This document shows, piece after piece, positions 49,527 to 61,789 of a DNA stretch of 64,000 nucleotides (positions are counted from its first letter, which is position 1; every line of letters starts with the position of its first letter). Below the pieces are notes generated by a model, which worked only from the letters and a program-made list of their open reading frames with translations, had not been told where the DNA came from and searched no databases. Origin of the DNA: Mustelus asterias (Eukaryota); contig NC_135807.1 of the NCBI RefSeq assembly GCF_964213995.1, forward strand, positions 96,906,001 through 96,970,000. Reading direction: 5' to 3'. The position numbers and the translations under genes were made by a program.

Positions 49527-50673
49527 ATGGTGGCAGCTCAGGAGGAGGAGGGCGTGGAGAGGCCGCTCCAGAAGCAGCCAATGGCCTGCCACTCCAGGAA
49601 GGAGGGCAGGGGGCTCCCACTGATGGCCATGAGGTGGGAGAGCAGTCTCCCAAAAGGCTGCCCAGAAGAAGGAGGATGCGGAGGCCAAGGCGGTACTGGA
49701 TCAGGAGGTCCTTTGAGGGCCTGTTGGATGTCATGTGCCGTCGTCAGCTCCGCCTATCCAAGGACATGGTCTGGCATCTGTATGAGGTGCTCGCACACTT
49801 GACACCTCAGAGGAGGGGCGGCCACAGGCTGCCAGTAGAAGTTAAGGTATCGGCAGCACTGAATTTCTATACAACAGGGTTGTTTCAGGCACCCAGTGGA
49901 GATATCAGTGGAATCTCACAGGCCTCAGTCCACAGATGTGTTCCCCAGGTGACAGATGCCTTGTTCGCCCAGGCAGCCAATACATCCACTTTGGTGTCAG
50001 ACAGGTTCAGCGGGAGGCCTAGGCTGCAGGCTTCGCCGCCATTGCCGGGATGCCCCATGTGCAGGGGGCAGTGGATGGGACACACATCGCCCTGTGGTCC
50101 CCACAAGTGAGGGGCAACCTTTCATTAACAGGAAGGGATTCCACTCCCTCAATGTTCAAACTGTATGTGACCACCGGATGAACCATCATCTGAACATCAG
50201 GTCTGTGCACCCACTCAGGGAGTGTCCATGACAGCTTTGTGCTGAGAGGGTTGGACATCCCTGGGCTATTTGAAGACCAGCCCAGGCTTCCGGGATGGCT
50301 CGTGGGGGACAAGGGCTACCCACTGAAGTCATGGCTGATGACACCAGTGCGGAGGCCCGAGACCGAGGCGGGGGCCCGTTATAATGAGACCTATGCTGCC
50401 ATCCAGTCCATAGTGGAGCGTTGCATAGGCCTGTTGAAGATGCGGTTCTGCTGCCTGGACCGCCCTGGGCATGCTCTCCAGCATGACCCTGTGCGCAAAA
50501 TTGCGCAGCAGCAGGGAGACCAGTTGGAGGAGGAGAAGGAGGAGGATTGAAACCAAACAGAAGTGGACGACTTGCCATATGAGGAGCTGGAGGATGAAGG
50601 ACAGGCAGCGATGGCAGTGGTCCAGCAGGGCAGGGCAGCAAGGGAGGCCCTGATAGTAGCCCGCTTCATCTAG
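49527..50673 (+). pseudogene. Harbinger (HARBI1-like, DDE_Tnp_4) transposase, frameshifted
   Basis: LPVEVKVSAALNFYTTG.FQ...DISGISQASVHRC, GAVDGTHI, FINRKGFHSLNVQTVCD, DSFVL, LVGDKGYPL, VERCIGLLKMRFCCLD across shifting frames. Confidence 0.9.
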
Positions 50674-50699
50674 TTAGTGTTGTGCAGTGTGTGGGTTGC

Positions 50700-53463
50700 T
50701 GTTCTGTGAATGTACCTTTAAGAAAAGTTTTTTTAAAATCATGCAGCTTACAGCTTCAGTGATGTCATGGGGGTGGAGCTAAGCTGTGGCAGTCAGGTGA
50801 TAGGGGATTTTTCCTTTGGGCTTTCAGTTTCGTTTTGGAAAATGTTGGAAGCAGTTTAGCAGCAAGCTAAGAAGCAGTCTCTCTCTCTTGTTCTTCTCTT
50901 TGTTTGGTTCTGAAACTATTATCAGTTAGCTGAAGGAGAGGCTTATTGCCATCTTGCCTTAAAGAAGCTGTGTTTTGGGAAACAGATTTGATTACAACCT
51001 CTTCTGAATTTCTTCACAAGGGATTTTCAGCATTCAACCCAGGAGGCTGGATTCCTGTAACAATGGGCATTAACCCATGCTATATTGTGCTTATTTAGAA
51101 GATTTTGTGTATTGGATGTTGGCTTTGGTTGGAACACATTAGAGATATTCCTTAAGAGTTTTACATTATCCTGGTTGTTGTGTTTCTTGTTTGTAATTGT
51201 TAAACGTTCTTGCTAATTGTCTTACTATACATGTCAACAATATTCTGAATTAAACTTTGTTTTTGATAAAGGCTCCTCGTGGGTCAGTTGAATCAAACCT
51301 GAAGTGAAGCCTCTCATGCTCATCCCAGCCAAATTCAACATAAAACGTTACAGGTCAGGCAAGCTTCATAGAACACCTTGAAGTATCCAATCTGACTTAT
51401 AACAATTGGGGCTCGTCTGGGATTGAAATCTATATTTCTTGATTGATTTGGGATTAGTGAACTCAAAGACAGAGTGTGGTGAGCATATTTGTGTTTTCTT
51501 TCCAGGTGTTGTATTCAAGTTTAAATAGGGAGTGTGGTGTGGACTAATGGCTCTTTCAGAGGCTCAGAAGTTTCTTGGGGGTGGAGGAAGTCAACGCAAG
51601 GTACCTTACAAAAGGTGATTAAGCAAAGCTTTTGGGATTGGCAAACACGTTGCAGTTGCCATTGCCTGGCAGAGTACAGAAAGGAGAGATAATTGTGGCA
51701 ATAGTACAGCATTTGAAATTGCCAGAAGCACAGTCAGAATCGTTGGAAATGGCGAGAACTCAGTTACAAATGAAACAGCTTGAATATGAAAAAGAATTAA
51801 AACTATTTGAATTGCAGGCAAAAGAAAAAGAGAGGGAGCCAAGGGAAAGAGAAAAAGAAAGAGGGAGAGACTGTGAACTTTGGAAACTGGCCTTAAAAAG
51901 TGAACGTGATTTGATTTGATTTATTATTGTCACATGTATTTGCATACAGTGAAAAGTATTGTTTCTTGCGCACTAGACTGACAGAGCATACCGTTCATAG
52001 AGAAAGAAATGAGAGAGCGCAGAATGTAGTGTTACAGTCAAAGCTAGGGTGTAGAGAAAGATCAACTTAATGCAAGGTAGGTCCATTCAAAAGTCTGACA
52101 GCAGCAGGGAAGAAGCTGATTGTGGCCTGTGGGTTAGGAGGTTCAGGATCCAGTCGCAGAGAGAGGTGCCGAGGCCCAGGCCACGGAGTTTGGAGATGAG
52201 TTTCACAGGAATAATGGTGTTGAAGGCTGAGCTGTAGTCAATAACTAGGAGTCTGACATAGGTGTCCTTGTTATTTAGGTGTTCCAGGGTTGAGTGCAGG
52301 GCCAGGGAGATAGCAGCTGCTGTTGCAGCGGCAGGCAAACTGTAGTGGATCTTGATCCAGGCAATCCGGGAGGCTGGAACTGATTCATGGAATATCCCAC
52401 CAGCCCTCACCACTCCCCCTCCCCCCCTTTGCCAGGTATCTTTGCCAGTTCCCTTTGACAAGTGCTTATGACTGTAATCACTTTGTGTATCTTTTACGCA
52501 CATTTCCAAAGGACATTTTAGTCACTCCCAAAGGTGTCATGGGAGTGATGTCTACTGTGGTTGACAAGCCAGTGGAAAATCAAACAACTGAATTGTTGAA
52601 GGACTCATATCCTGGGATTTTTCCTGATTGTGTTGTAACAAAGTCGCAAAGCTACAGGTTAAGGCAGGAGGAGAAACCAAAGAGTGAAGATAAGAAGGTT
52701 GAAGTTCAATGATCAAAAATGATTTTTGATCAGATGGTTAGAAAAGAAAGAACAGGCAGAGGATGAGGTGGATATTCTTAGTTCAGGAAAGTTGGTAGAG
52801 TTGCAACAGAAGGACATAGAAATAAAACAATTCTATCAGAAAGCGTACACGGAAGAGGAATCTGAGTGTATACCAGAATTTTATTACCTTGAAAATGAGG
52901 TCTTAATGAGGAAATGGAGACCTTTACATATTCAGGTGGATGAAAAGTGGGCAGTAGTTCATCAAGTGGTGTTGCCGGTAGGGTATAGAAGGGAAGTGTT
53001 GCGAATAGCACATGAGGTACCAGTAGGAGGTCATTTGGGGGTCAGGAAAACTCACAGATTGTGTCATGTGAATATGCTTAAAAGGTATTTTGATAGGGAA
53101 GGAGAGCAGATGGAGGAAGTTTTGGTGGTTACAACTCAGAGGGAAGAACTGAATCCAGATGACTCTGAATTTGATATTCCTCAAATTAAATTGGAAAACG
53201 AGGACGTTATTAAAAATTGGGATAAAGTATTGAGTTATCTTCCAGAGGAAAATCGAACTGACCTGAAAGAGTTATAATATCACATGGACAAGTATGTGGG
53301 AATAAGTTGGGAAATACTAGAGTGGCTATGCATGATGTAGATGTGGGAAATGCTGTTCCAATTAAACAACATCCTTATAGATTAAACCGTCTAAAATTGG
53401 CACAAGTTCAAAGGGAAATTGAAGGTATGCTTAAGAATGACATGATTGAAGTGAGTAGCAGCC
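50700..53463 (+). mobile_element. Gmr1-type Gypsy element (integrase before RT), internally deleted, 3' half missing
   Basis: LTR TGTT...AACA 50700-51404; tRNA-Pro-like PBS TGGGGCTCGTCTGGGAT 51407-51423; gag remnant; INT AHEVPVGGHLGVRKT fused to CHVNMLKRY, then RT start PIKQHPYRL...IEVSSSP. Confidence 0.85.
51907..52400 (-). mobile_element. Rex1/Babar-like LINE fragment nested in the Gmr1 element
   Basis: Minus [53 protein letters not shown]; (TGATT)n reverse tail at 51907-51921. Confidence 0.8.
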
Positions 53464-54384
53464 CACCCTTTCCCACCCTTGCCCATCCACCGCCCCCCTG
53501 CGATTCCGAGAAACATCACAACAGGTTAATGGGCCTGGGTTGCAGTGGTAGCGATTCTTTGGTGAAGGCTGGACGATGAGACAACTCGCTGTAAAGCACA
53601 CTGGGATCCTGCCCCTGGTGCCACTCAAATCTGTCTCCTACCCTACCTGTTCTCCAGCTGCACACTGGCACCTGTGCTCATGTAGCAGGAAGGGCTTTGA
53701 CCACAAGTGTGTGGGGCAATGCGTCGGTTTGGTTCGATCGGAGGGTGGGGGGGGCGATGCCAGGGGGTGGTGTTTGGCTAAGGGTCCAGTGGACGCTGGG
53801 AAAAGTAGGGCAGGTAATCTATAACTTTTGGCCGAGGGGCTGGTATCGCACAGCACAGCAGTGTGCATCGCGATGCGTAGGATTGGGGTACACTCAGCTC
53901 TGTAGGGGGAGAATCAGAGACAGATTAGTCACAGCTGTGAGGTGCAAATAACATTTAATGGTGATCTTAACATTAACAAAAACTTAACGCTGACTACTGG
54001 TGACCTTCACCCGTGCCCTCTTAGTGACCCTACAGCTTTCTAATCTTATGCGGCCTACTGCTTTGTCGAGGTGCTCCCCCAGAATGCATATGGGAGGTGG
54101 AGGGATCCAGCTGTGATCTACACCCATTGCCTGTGATGCCCTTGGCGGGCATCCCTGGGGGTCCGAGACCTGGAGAGCCCTGGCCGACTTGCTGATGACA
54201 CTGATGTTTCTGTGCCGCCCTGTTCATCCAAGCTGGCCCTGAAATGCCCCAGTGTGAGGAAGGGGGGAATTGGAAGGTCTCAGGATGACCGGAGTCTCCT
54301 GGGTGGAAGGTCCTGGCATGGCTTTAGTCCTTCCTCCTCCCTTGGGCCCCAGGGGCAGTCCATGGGATGCCAGGGTAGCCAGGT

Positions 54385-54710
54385 CGGCACGGTAGCACAG
54401 TGGTTAGCACTGCTGCTTCACAGCTCCAGGGACCTGGGTTCGATTCCCGGCTCGGGTCACTGTCTGTGTGGAGTTTGCACATTCTCCTCGTGTCTGCATG
54501 GGTTTCCTCCGGGTGCTCCGGTTTCCTCCCACAGTCCAAAGATGTGCGGGTTAAGTTGATTGGCCATGCTAAAATTGTCCCTTAGTGTCCTGGGATGCGT
54601 GGACTAGCGGGTAAAATATGTAGGGATATGGGGGTAGGGCCTGGATGGGATTGTGGTCGGTGCAGACTCGATGGGCCGAATGGCCTCTTTCTGTACTGTA
54701 GGGTTTCTAT
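54385..54710 (+). mobile_element. HE1-like SINE nested in Harbinger
   Basis: GGCACGGTAGCACAGTGGTTAGC, GGTTCGATTCC, CR1-type tail. Confidence 0.93.
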
Positions 54711-55607
54711 GGACTGAGCTCCAGAAGCTCCGGTGGCACCTGGCTCTGCCAGTCCTGGAGGCCCTGATGCATCTGCCCCATGGTGTGTGATCCCTCAGCG
54801 CTGGGCCTTTGAGACTGGGCCAAGTTCTGGAGCCCCTCCGCTACAGCATTGTGTGAGCGAGCCAGGCTCCGGAGCCCCTCAGCATTAGCCCTCTGAGATT
54901 GGGCTAAGTTGTCAAGGCTCACAGCCATGGCCGACTGTGTCTCCAGAATTCCAGCAAGAGCCCCAACCATGGCCAGCAGTGTCTCCAACATGCCCCTGAC
55001 ACCCATGGTCCCGGACCGATATGTCTCCTGGGTGCCAGCGACACCCTCGGCCATGGCTCGCTGTGTCTCTGCCATGGCTCTCCAGGATGGCCTACAGCCT
55101 GTCACCCATGAGGCCAAATCCCTGAGCCAGACTTCCCACTGCGGACGCCACCCTTGCAGTGTTGGTCTGGTTACCCCACACTGTGCCGGCACCACCTCCT
55201 GCAACAGCGCTCTGTTTGACTCCTCTTAACGGTCTTGCAGTCGCAGCACGGTTACTGACAACCCATTCACGAATCTCACTAATGCATCTCACCAGCTTCG
55301 GGATGAACGAACCTTGTGTCCCGGCATCTGGCTTGGGGACAGCTGCATCCTCATCTTTGGCAGACTTGCGTGTGCCCGAGCCCTCGGATGTGCCCGCCTC
55401 CACCCGATGTACATCAGCGGCTGTGAAGTGCTCACCAGTAAGTGACCCAGAAGCTTCAGCTTAGCATGACTCACCGTGGTGATAGTCTCTGTGATGATGG
55501 GTTGTGTGGTTGATGCCTGTGTCGAATCACTGGTGCCCTCGGAGGATTCTTCTGGGACTCCCTCCAAGATGTCATCCAAGGTGTCATAGGCATTTCCTTC
55601 AGGAGCA

Positions 55608-55710
55608 GGGGCGGGGGGGCGGTGTAGCGGGGGATGTAGGGGGGTGTAGCGGGGGGGTGGGGGTGTAGCGGGGGGGGGTGTAGCGGGGGGGGGGGAGGAG
55701 GGGGGGGGCG
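55608..55710. repeat. G-rich minisatellite (GGGGGTGTAGC)-like
   Basis: About five degenerate units with long G runs. Confidence 0.85.
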
Positions 55711-57330
55711 CGCTGACACCTGAAGGGCCTGGTGCATCAGGATCCACCGCTGTAAGAAAGGATACACGTTAGTGGAAGGAGGGAAAACAGCCCGCGCAGC
55801 ACTTACTTCAAAGAAAACCTTAAGAAGACGGTTCAGTTTCAGCCTCCGTCACCAGGCGCAGCTCAGGAACATCCCCACCGGTTTTTCCCTTTCACACCGG
55901 TTGTGTGTGCTTTTTTCTCCTGGGGGACATAAGAGGGATTGAAAGTGTGATGTGTGGAAGGGTATGGGGTGCATTGTCTGTCGGGGCTGGGGAGCTTGTG
56001 TGGGCCATTTCGGGACAACGTCTTCCCACTGGTGGTGCTGACTGGGGGGTGGGGGGTGCCATAGGGGTTGGAGGCAGTATTGCGGGAGTTGGGGGGTAGG
56101 CCTTGGTGGCTGCCCTTGAGGTGTCAGGGGGTGGTTTGACATTGTAAGCATGGCACATGTACCGGTTTCAAAATGGGATGCTCACTCACCCTTGCTGCCT
56201 GAAGAAGGTCGTTCGTCTTTTTCCGGCACTGGTCTCCGGACAGACGTGCCAGTGTCTGGGTATTGACAGCTGCAATCGCTGCCTCTCATATCACACTTGC
56301 TGTGTGACCCCTTGGGCGACAGTCCTGAGTGGGGTACAGCAGCTGGCCCTCGACCCACTTCATCAATCAGGTGGCCCTGCTCACCCTCAGTGCCATCTTC
56401 CTGGCGTGACTGTCTGTGTGCCCATGCTTGCAGCTTTTATACAGCTCTGGCTTGTTAAGGGAGTCCGGGTGCAGTCAGTTTGGGCCAGTCATGGGCCCGT
56501 TAGTTAAATTTCATTGTGAATAATGTAGAGGCAACCGGGTTTCGATAGAGGGTGAGCCATCGCCAAAGGTGCTGATTGGGTGAACGCAACATGATACTGT
56601 GTGCGGGGGGCGGTGGGGGTGGGGGGGAGGGGGCGGGAGGGGGGGAGCAATGCTCTAGGGTCTCACTCAATAAAGGGGGATGCTCGCAGACAGGGGGTGT
56701 GCATGGCAGCTCAGTGTTCTCCCTGTGAAACGTGGCAGTGAGGCCAGCACCCCTTGTGTGAATGGGGAGGGGTGGTTGAAGGCCAGCAATGTTCCTGTGG
56801 GAGTGGAGGGGCAGTGAGAGGCCAGCGACAGCCCAGCAGTGTCCGTGGAAGGTTGAGAGGCCAGCGATCTGAATGCTGGGAGGACTTATGTAGCGATCTC
56901 CCAGAGATAGGCGCTGTGCAGTGGCACACTCAGCACACTGATTTCAGCCTCTTCAGCAGGAATAGGCCCCGCACCCTGATTTTATGTGAGATTCACGCGA
57001 GGGCACTCTGCACAGAATGTGGGAGATTCATTTTGAAACTCCCACTGAAAAAACCAGCGGGATTTACTCATGTTTTCACACAAATTCGACACTTAGAATT
57101 TGTTTGGGAGAATCGCCCGCCTCCTTGATCTCTTGTTTAAAGGAAATCTCCCTCTTCACTTTCTGACTCGAATAATATTTCTGTTGTATGGTGTAATGTA
57201 CACAACTTCACAGTTATTTGCTAATATCTGCTTTTAAAAGAGAGAGATTTGATCCATAGTTGTAAGCTTTCCTCCTGTAGTTTTTGAAGAAAGAATTGGA
57301 TTGAAACCCATCTTAATTTTGTTTCTCAAG

Positions 57331-57947
57331 ACTTCATCCAGGCCAGAAAATCACAGAAAGAGAGGGAACAAGTAATAGCAGCACAGAAGATGGCAAATAG
57401 AGAAAAAGAGATCGAATTGAAGTACAACATTCGAGAAAATCAGCACCGACGCTTGCTATCAAGATCTGAGTCAGAGAAGGAGAAACTCAAAAATAAAGTC
57501 CAAAGTTACCATCAAATCCTTTCAGCACAGCGTCAGCAGCTGGATGAAGAACGCAGACAGCTGCAAGAAGGTATAAATATAGAGGAGAAAACACAGGCCG
57601 TGTCGAAGTGGGAAAGCCAAGCTAGGTCACTAATTAAAGAATTTCAAGATTCTCTGCTCACCAGGCAAAGTTCATTCTGCAGCTCCATTACATCAAGAAA
57701 TCAAAGAACGGAATTAGAAAGGAAGATGCTTCACCAAGCTGCTACAAACCCAATTGCTAAAGAGTTGGGCATTGAAGCTGACTTGAACAACATCTTTAAA
57801 TATGAAACACACTGCGCAGGTAAACTAAACAAGGACAAAAGGGAAAACGGCAGGATAATGTGGGTCTATCTCACATACTGGCGATTTCAAACCAAACTCA
57901 AGATTCTTGAGAACGAAGCAGACAAATTGGGGAAACAAGACAACTAA
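57331..57947 (+). CDS. CCDC127: CCDC127-like, last coding exon (coiled coil + conserved C-terminal domain)
   Basis: Acceptor TTTTGTTTCTCAAG at 57330, phase compatible (C+AC = His); ARSLIKEF, RQSSFCS, LNNIFKYETHC, KRENGRIMWVYLTYW align with CCDC127 ARLLLKEF, RQNIYCS, LTDIFQHDTYC, KRQNGRLMWLYLKYW. Confidence 0.92.
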
Positions 57948-59844
57948 ATTATTGGCGATTTTTTTTAAAAAGCGGTAGTCATTGTACTAGAAATTGCTGG
58001 AAAATAATAGTGAATTAGCATCATTATTAGTTCACAAATTATCCTGCAATTTGAAGTGGAGAGCTACATCATGAGTTCCAATTCTGCACAAATTGTGGAC
58101 GATTTATCATTAGCCGTGTAAAAGATGAAAAAAATTACAATCTCCGTTCAAATGAATTGCATCATGAAATTTCTGGATTGCAAATTACTCTTGTTGCTGC
58201 CATTTGATATTCAATGCTGTAAGGATGATGTTAATGATCAGATTCAAGGTCCTAAATGTAAAACTCCAACCATGCAGGCTCTAAATGGGAACAATTGACA
58301 CTGCCATCCCTCAGTCCAGCAGGATTTCCTAGAAGGTCTTTAAAATTCTTTAATCAAGTTTGTTTTTCAGAAATGTAAATCGGATATATTTCTTTTACAA
58401 AGTAATTTTGGGATAGATTATGTGTGAGTGAATTGAGATATAGTCATGGAGTCATAGAGTCAAACAGTGCAGAAAGGCCCTTCGGCTCATCAAGTCTACC
58501 ACTAAAGTTGCGCTAAACCCATTTTCCAGCATTAGTCCCATATCCTTGAATGTTCTGATGTTTCAGGTCCTCATCCAAACACTTTTTAAAGTTTGTCAGG
58601 TTTCTGCCCTCCAATGGGTGCATTCCCACCACCCTCTGAGTGAAAATTTATTTTCTCAAATCTCCTCTGAATCTCCTGTCCCTTGCCTAAAACTATGCCC
58701 CCTCGTGATTGAGCCCTCAACTAAGTGGAACAGCTGCTTCCTATTCACCCTGTCCATACCCCTCATAATCTTATACACATTAATCATATCCCCCTCAGCC
58801 TTCTCTCTTCTAAAGAAGACAATCCAAGCATATCCAGTCTCTTCTTACACCTCAAATATTCCATCCCAGACAACATCCTGGTGAATCTCTCCTGTACCCC
58901 TTCTAGCACAAACACATCCTTCCTATGGCAAGGTGACCAGAACTGCACACAGTACTCCTGCTGTTGCCTAACCAAGTATCTGTACAGCTCCAATATTACC
59001 TCCTGGCTCTTATACTCTAGACCACGACTGATAAAAGCAAATGTCCTCTATGACTTAACTATCCTATTCACCTGCTCTGCCATCTTTAGGGATTTGTGAA
59101 TAACTACCCTAAGATCCATCTGTTCCTCTGAGCTTCCTAGTGTCCTGCCATTCATTAAATACTCCCTTGTCTTGTTACTTCTTCCAAAGTGCATCACCTC
59201 ACACTTATCTGGGTTAAATACCATCTGCCACTGCTCTGTCCATCTGACCAACCTATCTATATCTTCCTGTAATCACAACCTTCTTCTTCCCTATTAACCA
59301 CCCTACCAATCTTGGTGTCATCTGTAAACTTGCTTATCATTCCCCCTACATTATCATCTATATCATTTATGTATATAACAAACAATAAGGGTCGAAGCAC
59401 TGAACCTTGTGGTACACCACTGGACACTGGCCTCCAGTCACTAAATCAGCCTTCCACTAAACCAGTTTCGGATCCAACTCGCCAAGTTTCCCTGAATTCC
59501 AGGTGCTTCAACCGTCTCGATCAATCTCCGTGTGGGGTCTTGTCAAAGACTTTGCTAAAATCCATATAAACTACATCAACTATGCTTTTCTCATCCACAC
59601 ACTCGATCACATTTTTGAAAAATTCTATCAAATTTGTTAGGCATGTCTTCCCTCTGACAAAGCCATGCTCATTATCCCTAATTAATCCATGCCTCCCAAG
59701 TGGAGATTAATTCTCAGCTTCAGAATTTTCACCAATAGTTTCCCTACCACCCACCGGTCTATAATTTCCTGGTTCGTCTCTCCCACCCTTCTTGAAAAGT
59801 GGAGCCACATTAGTTGTTCTCCAGTCCTCTGGCACTTTGCCCGT

Positions 59845-60057
59845 TTAAGACCTTTAATTGCACTTTAAGACCTGGTTGGCTGTAGAGATTCGCATTCTAA
59901 ATCAGTATTCTGTAACTTGATTTTGTGTCTCTGTATGCCCTGTTTGAGAGCAGATTTCCACTCCATCTGACGAAGGAGCAGCACTCCGAAAGCTAATGGC
60001 ATTTGCTACCAAATAAACCTGTTGGACTTTAACCTGGTGTTGTTAAAACTCTTACTG
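59845..60057 (+). mobile_element. Short Penelope-like terminal-repeat insert with 11-bp TSD ACTTTGCCCGT
   Basis: TSD at 59834-59844 and 60058-60068 interrupts the CR1; contains a hammerhead core and AAATAAACCTGTTGGAC end typical of PLE repeats. Confidence 0.8.
59963..59999 (+). ncRNA. Minimal type I hammerhead ribozyme
   Basis: CCAT-CTGACGA-A-GGAG-CAGCA-CTCC-GAAA-GC-TA-ATGG: stem I CCAT/ATGG, core CUGANGA and GAAA, stem II GGAG/CTCC, palindromic AGCT stem III, UA cleavage site. Confidence 0.8.
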
Positions 60058-61789
60058 ACTTTGCCCGTGGCCAGAGAGGAATAAAAAATAAAACATTTGT
60101 GTCAGAACCCTGCAATTTCCTCCCTTACCTCCCACGGGAACCTGGGATACAACTCATCCGGACCTGGGGATGTGTCCATTTTTAAGCCTGTCAAAGTTGC
60201 CAATACCTCCTTATTTCCTATGTCAAATTGTGTAAGTTTCCTGAATCCCATACCTATCATCTCCTTTTTCTGATTGAAGACCAAGGAGAAGTATTCATTA
60301 ACACCTTTCCAATGAACTATGGCTTCACACACAGATTGTCCCCTTGATTTCTAAGAGGCCCTATTCTTTCCCTGGTTCACCTCTTCTCTTTAATGTATTT
60401 ATAAAATATCTTAGGATTCTCCCTAATCTTCTTTGCAAGTCCTTTTTCATGCCCCTTTTTGCTCTTCTAATTGCTTTCTTAAGTTCCCTCTTGTACTTCC
60501 TACATTCCTCTCGGGCCGTACCTAAATTGTTCCCTTTGGACATGCTAAGTCGTTCTCTTCTTCCTTATCCAGTCCTGAATTGTCTCGGACATTCAGGGTT
60601 CCCTGAATTTATTGCTCCTACATTTCCCCCTAACTCGAACATGTTGGACCTGTACTCTCTCCAATTCCTTTTTGAACTGGAGAGAGTATTTATATGCCAA
60701 GCTGCATATAAATTTCATAGCCTCACTGTATTTGGTAACAATAGATCTGAGGTGTCTAGCATCAATCCAAACAACTATCCTTATTTGGTCAACACAGAAA
60801 GTGTCAGGTCACGTCTCACAGCCAGGTCATGACTTGCTGCAGCCTTCCCTAAACTTGCATCTGTGTTTAATATAACTTGACCAAAATTCCCAGCATGTTT
60901 GACTCTCATTTCCACTGTTGCCCTCACTTTTGCTGTTGCTGTTGACCGTCCAGTCACAGGGTCGCCTGGCTTGAGGGACCAATGGGAACTGAGAGTGAGC
61001 GATCACCCCAGAGGGTGAAGTTCTCTCTCAGGCAGAATACATCTGGAAGCCATCTAGTAAACGTGTAGTGACTGATCTGCAAACCCCTGTATGTAGTTTC
61101 TCTTTATCGATAAATATCTTTAGTTCTGAATAAAATCTGAAGTCTATTGATGACACCTAAAATGCCAGTAAATAACAGGCGGGTCCTGAATGAGCCCAAC
61201 CTGCCAGCAACTTTGTTTTATAAAAGATCGGGCACCTTTTTTAAAGAGCACCCCAATTTTAAAAAATATATAAACCCACCACAGAATGCTCTCTCCCCTC
61301 TCTGTCACAAGCAACTCAACCCCCTCCTACTCATGGAACCCCACCAATACTTCCCCCATAGAATCCCTGACACTTCAAAGTGAAATTGTATCTGTGGTTC
61401 CCACAGCTTTTCACCACTGGGGTTTGGTCCCAGTTATATATGGATCAGCGCTGGCCTAATTGATAGAGATGCATTGCTATGACAACTCCACATCATTGTA
61501 TCATGTGACTACCATAATAGTAGAACGCAAATTGGATGGACTTGGGCATTTTTTTGACTAGCAATTCCTATTCTTTGAAGTAGTTTCACATTCCTGACCA
61601 TGGTGGATGGGGCTGCTGGTTCTATTTCTTCCTTCACATCTCAAGGAACAATATAGCAATTGCCAAACACAATTGAAAGTGGCACTCAATCTATTGTTAT
61701 GTACTGAATATATTACAAATAAAGATCTTTCAATTTGACCAACTGTCTCCCTATGCTTCATTATTGGGATATATTTTGGATAAGAATAA

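Larger units (their letters stand above)
53960..56430 (-). pseudogene. Harbinger accessory (Myb/SANT-like) gene remnant
   Basis: Convergent with the transposase; heptad-like MAETQRAMAEGV..LAQSQRA ORF 54707..55204; Pro-rich segment; similar to 45500-46700. Confidence 0.55.
48415..57118 (+). mobile_element. PIF/Harbinger DNA transposon, formerly autonomous, with nested insertions, in the CCDC127-like intron
   Basis: TIRs GAGCGATTCTCCC (48415-48427) and GGGAGAATCGCCC (57106-57118), 12/13 match; transposase on +, probable Myb-like partner on -; no clear 3-bp TSD. Confidence 0.85.
58443..60660 (-). mobile_element. Degenerate CR1 LINE downstream of CCDC127-like
   Basis: Minus ORFs EYCVQFWSP, QWQMVFNPDKCEVMHFG, SPGPDELYPR; reverse tail near 58443. 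Confidence 0.9.

Noticed and set aside
49527-50673. Domesticated HARBI1 host gene
   Set aside because: Frameshifts and stops, flanked by TIRs and an accessory-gene remnant, so a decayed transposon
57390-57947. Stand-alone single-exon 185-aa gene
   Set aside because: Frame is open back to a splice acceptor at 57330 and joins the 48170-48296 exon as CCDC127-like
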